Shown here piece by piece: positions 29,039 to 38,783 of a DNA stretch of 64,000 nucleotides. Each line of letters starts with the position of its first letter. Positions within the stretch are counted from its first letter, which is position 1. The notes beneath the pieces were generated by a model. It was not told where the DNA came from. It worked only from the letters and a program-made list of their open reading frames with translations, and did no database searches. Both the position numbers and the translations under genes were made by a program. Source of the DNA: Bacteroidota bacterium. Lineage in GTDB: Bacteria > Bacteroidota > Bacteroidia > Sphingobacteriales > Sphingobacteriaceae. The DNA lies in the NCBI GenBank assembly GCA_013286235.1, contig JABDGE010000010.1, forward strand, positions 673 to 64,672, read 5' to 3'.

Positions 29039-29815
29039 CTAAATATCAGCCAGTTCTATCCACACGGGTGCATGGTCGCTTGACTTTTCCCAGCCCCGAA
29101 CATTCTTATCCACGCCCGCTGCTTGCAACCGGCCGGTTAAATTGGGACTTAAAAGAAAGTGATCTATACGCAAACCCGCGTTCCTTCCGTAGGCATCGCG
29201 AAAATAATCCCAAAAAGTATATATGGTTTCGGTTGGATAGAGCTTGCGGATGGCATCGGTCCAGCCCTGGTCGAGCAATTTTTTGAAAGCGGCACGGGTT
29301 TCGGGCCTGAACAGGGCGTCGTCCACCCAGCGCTCTGGTTTGTAGACATCTATTTCGGTGGGCATTACATTGTAATCACCCGTTATCACAACAGGTGTTC
29401 CGGCCGCAAGCAGCTCCGCAGCGTGCAAGGCGAGCCGCTCGAACCAGCGTAGTTTGTAATCGAATTTCGGGCCTGGTGCGGGATTACCGTTGGGCAGGTA
29501 AAGACAGCCAATTGTGAGGTTATTTATCACCGCTTCGATGTACCGGCTGTGCTCATCTTCAGGATCACCGGGCAGCACCCGACGAACCTCCCTGATATCG
29601 CCAACGCGTGACAGTATCGCCACGCCGTTCCAGCTTTTTTGTCCGTGCCAAAGGGCCTGGTAGCCGGCATCAAGCAACGCCTGTTCGGGAAAATTTTCCT
29701 GGGGTGCCTTCAATTCCTGCAGACACACAACATCGGGCCGAGTTTCAGCAAGCCATCTTTGAAGGATGTGCATCCTGGCGTTTATACTGTTTACGTTGTA
29801 GGTGGCTATTCTCAT
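29039..29815 (-). CDS. xth: Exodeoxyribonuclease III
   Basis: ATYNVNS, CLQELK, YLPNG, GDYN, GLRIDH and SDHAPV; TATATTTG promoter box at 29838-29845. Confidence 0.95.
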   Translation of the reverse strand: MRIATYNVNSINARMHILQRWLAETRPDVVCLQELKAPQENFPEQALLDAGYQALWHGQKSWNGVAILSRVGDIREVRRVLPGDPEDEHSRYIEAVINNLTIGCLYLPNGNPAPGPKFDYKLRWFERLALHAAELLAAGTPVVITGDYNVMPTEIDVYKPERWVDDALFRPETRAAFKKLLDQGWTDAIRKLYPTETIYTFWDYFRDAYGRNAGLRIDHFLLSPNLTGRLQAAGVDKNVRGWEKSSDHAPVWIELADI

Positions 29816-29875
29816 GGTGGTAGCGGTTTTTTTGATTCAAATATAGAAATTTGTGCAGATGTGCGATGATTTCGG

Positions 29876-29893
29876 TCCCGATAGCTATCGGGA
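29876..29893. repeat. CCGAT-N-ATCGG palindromic REP, copy 1
   Basis: Perfect palindrome TCCCGATAGCTATCGGGA inside GATTTCG-type heptamers. Confidence 0.75.
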
Positions 29894-30016
29894 TCGGATG
29901 TTCGATTTCGGATTTGGGCAAGTTCGCTAATTTAAGCGATTCCAACTGTCCGAATTCACCGATGCATCTCTCCTGGCTAAAAAATGCTAAATTCGTTTGC
30001 TAAAATTTTTATCAAA

Positions 30017-31384
30017 ATGAGCGTGTATATATTAATTGCCGCTATAGTTATTTTGCTGGTTGCGGTAATGCTTTTTTTAAAGAAACCTGTTTCTGCCGGA
30101 ATATCTGCTGATGAGGCGCAGCGGTTAAAAACTGAGATCAACACCCTTAATATCTCCCTGGCAAAAGTGCAGGAGCGTTCAGTAAACCTGGCGATGGAAC
30201 GGGACAAGGCGGACAGGCAATTGCAGGACGAAAGGATAAGATACGACCGGCAGACAGCCTTGCTTAACCAAGAATTACTGATAGAAAAGAAAAGGATAGC
30301 CCAAGTCGAGGAAGCTTATAAAGCCCAACGCGAACGCCTGGCCGAGCAGGAAAAATCGATCATAGATATTCAGCAAAAATTTCAGCTCGAATTTCAAAAT
30401 ATTGCTAATAAACCGCTGGATGAAAAGTCGCAGAAGTTTATGGAGACCAACCGCAGCCATATGGATGTGCTGCTTAACCCGCTCAAGGAAAATTTAAAAG
30501 CTTTCGAGGAAAAGGTAGATAAGGTTTACAACATGGAAGCGGCCGAGCGCAACACGCTTAAAGGCGTTATTACACAGCTGATGGAACTCAACAAGCAAAT
30601 CAGCGATGAAGCTCAAAATTTAACCAAAGCATTAAAGGGCGACAACAAAAAGCAGGGTAACTGGGGTGAGGTGATTTTGGAGCGGGTGCTCGAACGTTCA
30701 GGGCTGGTTAAAGACCGCGAGTACCGGACGCAGGCCAGCTTGAACAGCATTGACGGCAGCCGTTTACAGCCTGACGTGATCATTGACCTGCCGGATGAAA
30801 AGCATCTGATCATCGATTCCAAGGTGTCATTGATCGCTTATGAGAGGCTTGTAAATTGTGATACGGAAGACGAGCGTAAACTTTTTGCCAAGGCGCATGT
30901 GGAATCGATCAGGGGACATGTGCTGAACTTATCATCGAAAAATTACCATGACCTGTACCAGGTGAATTCGCCGGACTTTGTGCTGCTTTTTATACCGATA
31001 GAATCATCGTTCAGTTTCGCTGTACAAATCGACAGCGAACTATTCAGCGATGCCTGGGATAAAAGGGTAGTTATTGTAAGTCCATCGACTTTGCTTGCTA
31101 CGCTGCGAACCATCGCCAGCATCTGGAAACAGGAACGGCAGAACCGCAATGTGCTGGAAATTGCCCGGCTTAGCGGAGCTATGTACGATAAATTTGTTGG
31201 GTTTGTGGCTGATATGGAGAATATTGGCAGGAATATCAGATCGAGCCAGGCGGCTTATGATAGTGCTATTAATAAACTTACTGAGGGTAATGGTAATTTG
31301 ACGAATACGGCTGATAAGATTAAGAAGCTTGGGGCGAAAGCAACCAAGAGCCTGGACGAGAAGTATATTGACAATGCCCCCTAA
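30017..31384 (+). CDS. rmuC: DNA recombination protein RmuC
   Basis: N-terminal TM, coiled coil, QGNWGEVILER, PDVIIDLP..IIDSK, SPSTLLATL; ATG at 30017. Confidence 0.95.
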   Translation: MSVYILIAAIVILLVAVMLFLKKPVSAGISADEAQRLKTEINTLNISLAKVQERSVNLAMERDKADRQLQDERIRYDRQTALLNQELLIEKKRIAQVEEAYKAQRERLAEQEKSIIDIQQKFQLEFQNIANKPLDEKSQKFMETNRSHMDVLLNPLKENLKAFEEKVDKVYNMEAAERNTLKGVITQLMELNKQISDEAQNLTKALKGDNKKQGNWGEVILERVLERSGLVKDREYRTQASLNSIDGSRLQPDVIIDLPDEKHLIIDSKVSLIAYERLVNCDTEDERKLFAKAHVESIRGHVLNLSSKNYHDLYQVNSPDFVLLFIPIESSFSFAVQIDSELFSDAWDKRVVIVSPSTLLATLRTIASIWKQERQNRNVLEIARLSGAMYDKFVGFVADMENIGRNIRSSQAAYDSAINKLTEGNGNLTNTADKIKKLGAKATKSLDEKYIDNAP

Positions 31385-31400
31385 CCCCCTAAAGGGGGAA
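31377..31400. repeat. CCCCT..CCCCTAAAGGGG REP family, copy 1
   Basis: CCCCCTAACCCCCTAAAGGGGGAA overlapping the rmuC stop; related to 49603 and 63164. Confidence 0.6.
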
Positions 31401-31629
31401 TTTAGCTCGTTAGCTTATTTATCCGACCCATGAGCTTCATCTAATTGACTGAATCCTTGCCCGTCTTTTGTCCATTCGCTAGTTGGCTAGCCCCGGGGCA
31501 ATAAAAAGGTTTTTGATGGTGGCCACAAATGTTTAGCCAGCCAGCTGGCCGGCTAAATTCAGTATTTATATCAAATTCCCGTTAACTTACCTGAATTTTG
31601 CCGAAAGGTTAGTCGAAGCGTCCTTCGGT

Positions 31630-31645
31630 CCGATTGCTATCGGGA
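31630..31645. repeat. CCGAT-N-ATCGG palindromic REP, copy 2
   Basis: CCGATTGCTATCGGGA. Confidence 0.65.
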
Positions 31646-31679
31646 TTCTTCCTAATCACTAATCTCCAGCCTCTGATCA

Positions 31680-32525
31680 CTAATTAATAACGTACCTATA
31701 ATCCATATCCATCGTCGCGGTAGCATTTATTTGCAAAGATTTTATGCTGCCGGTAACTGTCATATTAAACAATGCGGTGTATTCCGTTGCAAAATTGTTT
31801 TTTATGCTATAGACCATTTTCCCGGAGCCCGATCCGCTCAAATGTACGGCAACGCCTTTCACCGTAATGGTCATGTCCATGGATTGGGTAACATCAAATT
31901 TGGCGTTGTCTCCGTCGACGCTTAAAAGCTTGTAGGTGGCCTTTGAATTGGCGGCCACGCTATTGCCTGCAATGGGAATATTTAGCGGCATGTCCTGCGT
32001 AAAGGAATCTCCTGGTTTCATGGGATGATCGGGGAAATTTATATTCTTTTGAATAGTGTTCATCATTTGCGTGATATGGGCTTCGGACGTATCTGTCATC
32101 TTTGAGCCGCTGATTGAATCAGCTTTCAACTTGCCATCAGCGCCTACGTGGCCATAGATGGCTGAGCCGCCTCCAATTTTATCAGTGGGAATAGGTACTT
32201 TATTTCCGTTGATGTCCATACTCAAAGAGTCTATTTTATAAAGCATGGTTAGCGGAAATGTGCCGGCGGCAGAGGGCTCGCCTGTTTTGGTATTCCCGTC
32301 CATTTTCATCACCATATCCAGGGTTATAGGCAATGTGAGTCCCTGCGCCGTTAATTTTGAAACAACTGTATCATTCCCGCTTAAATTAACCTTCGCCTTA
32401 ATATCCATATTAATACCCCCTGCATAAGTGTGATTGGGCGTGTATTTCATTTTTAACACTATTCCATTTTGAGCATGTACGCTAAATGCCAGGAACAGGA
32501 GTGGTATGTATAACAGCTTTTTCAT
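31680..32525 (-). CDS. Secreted beta-rich hypothetical protein (DUF6263-like)
   Basis: Signal peptide ending VHA; FPDHPMKPGDSF and GSGKMVY patterns. Confidence 0.7.
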   Translation of the reverse strand: MKKLLYIPLLFLAFSVHAQNGIVLKMKYTPNHTYAGGINMDIKAKVNLSGNDTVVSKLTAQGLTLPITLDMVMKMDGNTKTGEPSAAGTFPLTMLYKIDSLSMDINGNKVPIPTDKIGGGSAIYGHVGADGKLKADSISGSKMTDTSEAHITQMMNTIQKNINFPDHPMKPGDSFTQDMPLNIPIAGNSVAANSKATYKLLSVDGDNAKFDVTQSMDMTITVKGVAVHLSGSGSGKMVYSIKNNFATEYTALFNMTVTGSIKSLQINATATMDMDYRYVIN

Positions 32526-32614
32526 TGGTAAGAATTTCTTTCAATATTTTTCTAATGATACAAAAAGATCATTAATTAATCATTAATTAAAAAATAAAAA
32601 GGAGACGCTATTTC

Positions 32615-33667
32615 TCAGGAAGCCGGACGAAATGCATTCCATCCCTGTGCTTTTATAGGATGTGAATTGCCGCTTTTTGTTACCAGGTTACAGCCGGCTG
32701 ATGGTTCAGTTATATAACCGATGATGCTGATGTCCATTTTGAATTTTATCTTTTCGTAATCAGCTTGTTTTACGGTAAACAGCAATTCATAATCTTCGCC
32801 GCCGCTTAATGCGCAAACAGTCGGGTCGAGGTTAAATTCGCGGGCGGTTTCATAGGTCATTGGGTCGAGGGGGATTTTGTCTTCGTATAAAACGCAACCT
32901 TTGTTGCTTTGGCGGCAAATGTGCAGGATCTCGGAGGCCAACCCGTCGGATACATCGATCATGGCAGTTGGCTTAACTTCAATTTCCTTTAAAAGTGCTA
33001 TCACATCCTTACGGGCCTCGGGCTTTAATTGCCTTTCGACAATGTAATCCTTTCCTTCCAGGTCAGGTTGAACGTTGGGGTTTTCTAAATATATCTGCTT
33101 TTCGCGCTCCAGCAATTGCAGCCCGACGTAAGCTCCGCCCAAATCACCGGACACACAGATCAAATCACCTTCTCCTGCGCCATTCCGGTAGACAATATCC
33201 GCCTCATTCGCATAGCCTATGGATGTTACACTGATAACTAATCCCTGCTTGGACGAAGATGTATCGCCACCAACAATGTCGATATTGTATTTTTCGCAAG
33301 CGAGGTAAATACCTTCATACAATTCTTCCACTGCTTCAAGCGGAAATTTACTGGATAGGCCAAGAGACACCGTCACTTGTGATGCCGTACCGTTCATGGC
33401 ATAAATATCACTCAGGTTAACCTGCACTGCCTTATAGCCGAGGTGCTTTAAAGGTGTATAAGCCAGGTCGAAATGAATACCTTCCAATAGCAGATCGGTA
33501 GAAATCAAGGTTTTTTTATCCCTAAAATCAAGTACCGCCGCATCATCACCAACGCCTTTAACCGAGCTTTTCCGGTTTAGCTTAATATTTTTTGTGAGAT
33601 GGTCTATCAGGCCGAATTCGCCCAACTCCTCAATATTGGTTCGTTCTTTATTATCAAAAAATGCCAT
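32615..33667 (-). CDS. thiL: Thiamine-monophosphate kinase
   Basis: GEFGLI, GVGDDAA, NLSDIYAM, GGDT, MIDVSDGL and GGEDYEL. Confidence 0.97.
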   Translation of the reverse strand: MAFFDNKERTNIEELGEFGLIDHLTKNIKLNRKSSVKGVGDDAAVLDFRDKKTLISTDLLLEGIHFDLAYTPLKHLGYKAVQVNLSDIYAMNGTASQVTVSLGLSSKFPLEAVEELYEGIYLACEKYNIDIVGGDTSSSKQGLVISVTSIGYANEADIVYRNGAGEGDLICVSGDLGGAYVGLQLLEREKQIYLENPNVQPDLEGKDYIVERQLKPEARKDVIALLKEIEVKPTAMIDVSDGLASEILHICRQSNKGCVLYEDKIPLDPMTYETAREFNLDPTVCALSGGEDYELLFTVKQADYEKIKFKMDISIIGYITEPSAGCNLVTKSGNSHPIKAQGWNAFRPAS

Positions 33668-33859
33668 TGTCTATTTTTAAAATCCGGCTGAAAAACCAGC
33701 CGAACAACTATATCCGCCGGAGGCGGGAAAATTTTTTTAGATTTTCAGCCTGTTAAAAAGGCATCATTATTATCTAATCATTCCTGTTTGAGACGAAGCA
33801 TAGTCCACTTGCATCGTTAATTTGCATGCTAATATCTCCTAAACGAAAGCATTTGTCCC

Positions 33860-33889
33860 AGAGACGCCCCGATCAATCGGGGCGTCTCT
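33860..33889. repeat. CCGAT-N-ATCGG palindrome nested in AGAGACGC..GCGTCTCT arms, copy 3
   Basis: AGAGACGCCCCGAT-CA-ATCGGGGCGTCTCT, touching the nadA stop. Confidence 0.8.
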
Positions 33890-34880
33890 ACAGCCCTAAC
33901 TGGACCGATATTTCCAACATCCTTTCAATTGGTTTTACCGCTTTTTCAATGATATCCTGTGGTACAAATATCTCCGGAAGCTCATTTTTTAAACACAAGT
34001 ACAATTTCTCCAGTGTATTTCTTTTCATGTGCGGGCAATCGTTGCATGCACAGTTGTTATTCGGTGGCGCCGGGATAAAAACCTTATCCGGGTTTTCTTT
34101 TTGCATCTGGTGAATGATACCAGATTCAGTTGCAACAATAAATTCTTTATCCTGCGATTTCGTTGCGTATTTTAATATTCCTGTTGTCGATCCAATGTAA
34201 TCAGCCACCTGCAAAATTACTTCCTCACATTCCGGATGTGCAAGCAATTTTGCTCCCGGATGCCGTTCTTTTAGTTTGGTTATCTTCTCCCTCGAAAATA
34301 TTTCATGCACCATACAGGCGCCATTCCATAAAACCAAATCCCTTCCTGTTTTCTTCGCTACGAAAGCCCCAAGGTTTTTATCCGGACCAAAAATGATCTT
34401 TTGGTTTTTGGGTAAACTTTCTACAATTCCGACCGCGTTGCTGGATGTACAAACGATATCGCTCATGGCTTTCAGCTCGGCTGTACAGTTCACGTAAGTG
34501 ATCACAAGGTGATCGGGATATGCTTCCTTAAACTTTTTGAAAAGGTGCGGCGGGCAGCTATCGGCCAGGGAGCAGCCGGCTTTTATGTCGGGTAATAAAA
34601 CTTTTTTTGAAGGAGATAATATTTTGGCTGTCTCGGCCATGAAATGAACGCCGGCAAAAACGATAATGTCCGCATCGGTTTTTGCGGCTTGCTGCGATAA
34701 TCCCAAACTATCGCCGATATAGTCGGCAATATCCTGTATATCAGGTTCCTGGTAATAATGCGCAAGAATGACAGCATTTTTTTCCTTCTTTAATTTTTCT
34801 ATTTCATAAAAAAGATCAAGCGTCGGATCGATGTATTCCTCCGCAAAACCTTTGAGATTTATTTCAGCTAAAGTATCCAT
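33888..34880 (-). CDS. nadA: Quinolinate synthase A
   Basis: [38 protein letters not shown] and CPHMK. Confidence 0.97.
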   Translation of the reverse strand: MDTLAEINLKGFAEEYIDPTLDLFYEIEKLKKEKNAVILAHYYQEPDIQDIADYIGDSLGLSQQAAKTDADIIVFAGVHFMAETAKILSPSKKVLLPDIKAGCSLADSCPPHLFKKFKEAYPDHLVITYVNCTAELKAMSDIVCTSSNAVGIVESLPKNQKIIFGPDKNLGAFVAKKTGRDLVLWNGACMVHEIFSREKITKLKERHPGAKLLAHPECEEVILQVADYIGSTTGILKYATKSQDKEFIVATESGIIHQMQKENPDKVFIPAPPNNNCACNDCPHMKRNTLEKLYLCLKNELPEIFVPQDIIEKAVKPIERMLEISVQLGL

Positions 34881-35287
34881 TTCAACAATTCAATTAATAA
34901 CAAGTATCTTAAATTTATAAAAAAGAAGATTGTTATTAAGGTGTTAGTACTGTGTAAAATTAGTTTGCAAAGTACCGCAAAATATTTTTCTTATCGTTTT
35001 ACTAACAAGAAAGCTGTTGTTTTTATTACTTATTTTATTGATTTTTAGATTGGTGTGACAGGCACTATTTTTTTTAAAAAGATTTTTGTTGATATTTTGT
35101 TCCCGGTCGAAATGTTAGCTTTGGCCTTTTAACTGCGGAGAACTGTGTTAAAATTAATTGGTTTTAGCACTAAAAAAGGGTTTTGTTGAGTACTTAATTA
35201 TTTATTAAGTTTTTGTTTACACAAAATTAACAGTTTTATACCGTTTACTAACATGGCGGTATAATTTACAAATCATCTATAAATATT
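34881..35287. other. Candidate replication origin (oriC)
   Basis: Very AT-rich 407-nt divergent spacer with about 10 DnaA-box-like 9-mers (TTAATAACA, TTTTACACA, TTACTAACA x2 and others) and a trio-like tract; parS sites and mnmG 7 kb away. Confidence 0.5.
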
Positions 35288-36880
35288 ATGACTAAAGTTG
35301 TGGATTTCCTGGTTGTCGGATCAGGGATAGCGGGCTTAAGTTTTGCCCTTAAGGCGGCGAAACATGGTAAAGTACTGATCGTTACCAAGTCGAACGAAGA
35401 TGAGTCGAACACTAAGTATGCCCAGGGTGGGGTGGCCGTGGTTGTGGATAAAAAAGAGGATTCTTTTGAAAAGCATATACAGGATACTTTGATAGCCGGT
35501 GACGGCCTTTGTGATAAGGAAGTAGTAACCGCGGTTGTAAAAGAAGGGCCGGCGCGGATCAATGAGATTATTGACTACGGAACCAATTTCGATAAGAAGA
35601 ATAACGGTTTATACGACCTGGCTAAGGAAGGCGGACATTCGGAATTCAGGGTATTGCATTACAAAGATATTACGGGTTTTGAGATTGAAAGCACTTTACT
35701 GGAACAGATACATAAAGAGCCTAATATTGAAATTTTAACCCATTATTTTGCAGTCGACCTGATAACGCAGCATCATTTAGGTGTATTTGTAGATAAGTCC
35801 ACAAAGGATATAAAATGCTATGGTATTTATGCTTTTAATAATGAAACGCGTAACGTAGAGAAAATTCTTTCAAAAGTTACAGTGATGGCATCCGGCGGTG
35901 CAGGGCATATTTATTCTATCACAACCAATCCAACCATCGCTACCGGTGATGGCGTTGCGATGGTTTACCGGGCGAAAGGAAAGGTAAGAAATATGGAATT
36001 TATCCAATTCCATCCAACGGCTTTATATAATCCGGGTGAATATCCTTCATTTTTAATTTCTGAAGCTGTAAGGGGTTTTGGTGGTATATTAAAGCGTACG
36101 AATGGCGAGGAATTTATGGGCGAGTATGATGAACGTAAATCATTAGCACCAAGGGATATTACAGCAAGAGCGATAGATGCGGAGATTAAAAAGTCGGGTG
36201 AGGATTTTGTTTACCTGGATATCAGGCATCGTACAAAAAAAGATATACTGGCCCATTTCCCAAATATTTATGCGAAATGTTTGGAGATAGGTATCGATAT
36301 GACCAAGGATATGATCCCGGTTGCGCCTGCTTGTCATTATATGTGCGGGGGTATTATGGTTGATCACGTCGGCCGTTCGTCGCTGATGCGGCTTTACGCC
36401 TGCGGTGAATGCTCATCTACAGGGTTGCATGGCGCTAACAGGCTTGCGTCAAATTCCCTGTTAGAGGCCCTGGTATTCGCTCACAGGATATATAAGGATG
36501 CGATGAGTACCTTTAAGACGAACGAAATTCCGGAGAATATACCCGATTGGAATGAAAAAGGTGTGCAATTATCTAATGAAGATATCCTGGTAACGCACAA
36601 CGTCCGCGAGATGCAAAAACTGATGAATGATTATGTGGGTATTGTGCGTTCAGATTTCAGGCTCGACAGGGCCATGAGGCGTTTAGGGTTATTATACGAA
36701 GAAACGGAAGAGTTTTATAAGAAAACGAAGCTGTCCGTTAAGCTTTGCGAGCTGCGTAATTTGATACAAGTATCGTATATCGTGGTTAAATCGGCGATGA
36801 TGCGGAGGGAAAGCAGGGGGTTGCATTCTACAACGGATTATCCGTTTCATGCGGATGTTATTGAGGATACGGTGTTTTGA
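35288..36880 (+). CDS. nadB: L-aspartate oxidase
   Basis: GSGIAG, YAQGG, EGGHS, QFHPT, LISEAVRG, HYMCGG, GLHGANRLASNSLLE and ESRGLH. Confidence 0.97.
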   Translation: MTKVVDFLVVGSGIAGLSFALKAAKHGKVLIVTKSNEDESNTKYAQGGVAVVVDKKEDSFEKHIQDTLIAGDGLCDKEVVTAVVKEGPARINEIIDYGTNFDKKNNGLYDLAKEGGHSEFRVLHYKDITGFEIESTLLEQIHKEPNIEILTHYFAVDLITQHHLGVFVDKSTKDIKCYGIYAFNNETRNVEKILSKVTVMASGGAGHIYSITTNPTIATGDGVAMVYRAKGKVRNMEFIQFHPTALYNPGEYPSFLISEAVRGFGGILKRTNGEEFMGEYDERKSLAPRDITARAIDAEIKKSGEDFVYLDIRHRTKKDILAHFPNIYAKCLEIGIDMTKDMIPVAPACHYMCGGIMVDHVGRSSLMRLYACGECSSTGLHGANRLASNSLLEALVFAHRIYKDAMSTFKTNEIPENIPDWNEKGVQLSNEDILVTHNVREMQKLMNDYVGIVRSDFRLDRAMRRLGLLYEETEEFYKKTKLSVKLCELRNLIQVSYIVVKSAMMRRESRGLHSTTDYPFHADVIEDTVF

Positions 36881-36889
36881 TTAATAAAT

Positions 36890-37321
36890 ATGCTTATGAA
36901 ATTAGAGGAATATATTGAAGATGATTTGCCTTTTTATCATATAACTCATTTCGGAAACAAAGAAAATATTTTTGAGCATGGTTTAAAACGAATGAGTAAT
37001 ATACAAGGAATCTGTGTTACTCGGAGTTCTGATACAAGGGTAATTAATCTTATCGCTGTTGGTCAACTTGTTAGCGGAAATAATCCCGAAGAAAGGTATT
37101 GCATTTTTAAATTGTTGCCATCGAAGCATAATATCGAAGTAAAGGATATAAGAAAAGATATTACAGGAGAAAGTACTAATGCCTTAAATAATTATATTAG
37201 AAAGGATGTCATTCCTGTTGACATGGATGATATTTTCATAGATGATATAACTATAACAGTTAATAACATACCATATTTTAAGCCTATCATAGATGAATTA
37301 ATAGCTGAAGGATTGATGTGA
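36890..37321 (+). CDS. Hypothetical protein with an ADP-ribosyltransferase-fold N-terminus (DarT/KptA-like)
   Basis: FYHITHFGNKENIFEHGL, GICVT and VIP..I; AT-rich; 9 nt after the nadB stop. Confidence 0.55.
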   Translation: MLMKLEEYIEDDLPFYHITHFGNKENIFEHGLKRMSNIQGICVTRSSDTRVINLIAVGQLVSGNNPEERYCIFKLLPSKHNIEVKDIRKDITGESTNALNNYIRKDVIPVDMDDIFIDDITITVNNIPYFKPIIDELIAEGLM

Positions 37322-37406
37322 ACTTGATTATTCTTGAGAAAGAGTCAGAGGTAGTTGTAAAAATTGTCCAGGTTTATTTGGTGAATTGAAAGTTAGTCGA
37401 TTTTAA

Positions 37407-37883
37407 ATGGGAACTTTGAGAGAAGATATTGATAACCAATCAGATTGGATTGTTAAAGCTTTTGCTGAAGATAAATTAAAATTAGACTATAGCTTAAAAA
37501 GCCTGATCGCCGTAGACCAGTTTTTTCTAAGGCATACCAGCGATGGCAAAGCAAAGTCAGGAGGAAGGTTGGCCAAGAATTTGGGTGATATTATTTTTTC
37601 AATAGGGGCGTATGTGGGAAATACGATAATTAGAAATGTTCCGGGTGCTATTTGGGAGACTGACGATGATGCACCGGACGGTGAAATAAACGTGGCTGTG
37701 AAATTCCCTGACGGAACAGTAATTTGGCCGATGCAGCGGGTAATGAAAAGATTTAAAAATGGAATTGAAGATTCCGTTTATGTATATGGTTATGAAATAA
37801 CTAAAGACTTTACGAAAGAAGAATTTGATCCGGGTTATTGGAAATCAATAAAAGAATCAAAAAGTTGGTGGAAGTTTTGGTAA
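37407..37883 (+). CDS. Hypothetical immunity-like protein with C-terminal WWKFW (DUF3806/DUF6278-like)
   Basis: LDYSLKSL..VD, GAYVGNTI, IWPMQRV.KR..NG.EDS and terminal KSWWKFW. Confidence 0.7.
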   Translation: MGTLREDIDNQSDWIVKAFAEDKLKLDYSLKSLIAVDQFFLRHTSDGKAKSGGRLAKNLGDIIFSIGAYVGNTIIRNVPGAIWETDDDAPDGEINVAVKFPDGTVIWPMQRVMKRFKNGIEDSVYVYGYEITKDFTKEEFDPGYWKSIKESKSWWKFW

Positions 37884-37888
37884 AAAAG

Positions 37889-37961
37889 AGCGGAAAACGG
37901 GATTCGAACCCGCGGCCTTCAGTTTGGGAAACTGATGCTCTACCAGCTGAGCTATTTCCGC
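37889..37961 (-). tRNA. tRNA-Gly(CCC)
   Basis: GCGGAAATAGCTCAGCTGGTAGAGCATCAGTTTCCCAAACTGAAGGCCGCGGGTTCGAATCCCGTTTTCCGCT forms a cloverleaf with anticodon CCC; CCA not encoded; TAAGTTTG promoter box at 37976-37983. Confidence 0.97.
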
Positions 37962-38159
37962 TTTTTTATTTAACGCAAACTTAATCATCAAACTTGAATA
38001 AAAATTGTTAATCATTAAAAAAGTTGTTGTTGCTTTGAGTGGTAATTGCGCAACAACTGTTGCCGTGCTTGGCCAATTATACAAGCGGTGCAAGCATTGA
38101 GGGAATGGCTTGCGGGGTGGTGGTTCTTACCATATTCTACACATTGATTTGCATGTGTA

Positions 38160-38187
38160 GAGGTGGCTTCGTTCCTCGCCATGACGT
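38160..38187. repeat. Remnant arm of a GTCATTGCGAG-type REP/MITE
   Basis: AGAGGTGGCTTCGTTCCTCGCCATGACG resembles the GAGATTGCTTCGTTCCTCGCAATGAC arm recalled from Bacteroidota genomes. Confidence 0.45.
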
Positions 38188-38267
38188 GCTGATGAATGTG
38201 TGGTGGTTACTTATTTATTGATAACGAAGCTTTTATGCGAAAGCGATTTTAACTGTCTAAGAAATAT

Positions 38268-38783
38268 ATGCCAATCATACTACCTGTAAAAAATATAAGC
38301 CCCTCCTGGGGGAAAAATTGTTTTATTGCACCGAACGCTACACTGGTGGGCGATGTGGTGATGGGGGATAGCTGTTCAGTGTGGTTTAATGCGGTTATCA
38401 GGGGTGATGTGCATTATATCAAAATTGGGAACAAAACCAATATACAGGATGGCGCTATTATCCATTGTACCTATCATTATGCGCCGACCAATATAGGTGA
38501 TTGCGTATCTATTGGTCACAATGCTTTGGTGCATGGGTGCAGCGTAAAAAATAATGTATTGATCGGCATGGGCGCTATCGTGATGGACCATGCCGTAGTG
38601 GAGGAATATGTGATCATTGCGGCCGGTGCAGTTGTGTTGGAGAAAACGATCTGTGAATCAGGCTTTCTATATGCGGGCATCCCAGCAAAAAAGATAAAGC
38701 CTATCACGCCTGAACAGCGGGCAATGCTGCAGAAACTGCCCGATAACTATGTAACTTATTCGGGTTGGTTTACTGAATATTAG
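38268..38783 (+). CDS. Gamma carbonic anhydrase family (YrdA/CaiE-like hexapeptide repeat)
   Basis: VWFNAVIRGD, NIQDG.IIH, IGHNALVHGC and IGMGA. Confidence 0.95.
   Translation: MPIILPVKNISPSWGKNCFIAPNATLVGDVVMGDSCSVWFNAVIRGDVHYIKIGNKTNIQDGAIIHCTYHYAPTNIGDCVSIGHNALVHGCSVKNNVLIGMGAIVMDHAVVEEYVIIAAGAVVLEKTICESGFLYAGIPAKKIKPITPEQRAMLQKLPDNYVTYSGWFTEY

Noticed and set aside
29745-29945. 66-aa ORF upstream of xth; likewise 37857-38093, 42421-42645 and 62980-63198
   Set aside because: They are translations of REP, tRNA or parS sequence (for example IPIAIGT, VPRGT, SPKFRGDLEG), not credible genes.
33668-33887. TPP riboswitch upstream of thiL
   Set aside because: No CTGAGA...ACCTG..CAGG core on the minus strand; the hairpins present are REP-like.
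34881-35287. NAD+ riboswitch upstream of nadA
   Set aside because: The region is extremely AT-rich with no stable tandem stems that I could fold.
36890-37883. Canonical DarTG system
   Set aside because: The partner has no macrodomain or NADAR motifs and the toxin-like gene is too short; kept only as an ART-fold candidate.
36881-37961. Integrative element or prophage at tRNA-Gly
   Set aside because: No integrase, and no duplicated tRNA 3' end (att site) near the nadB stop.
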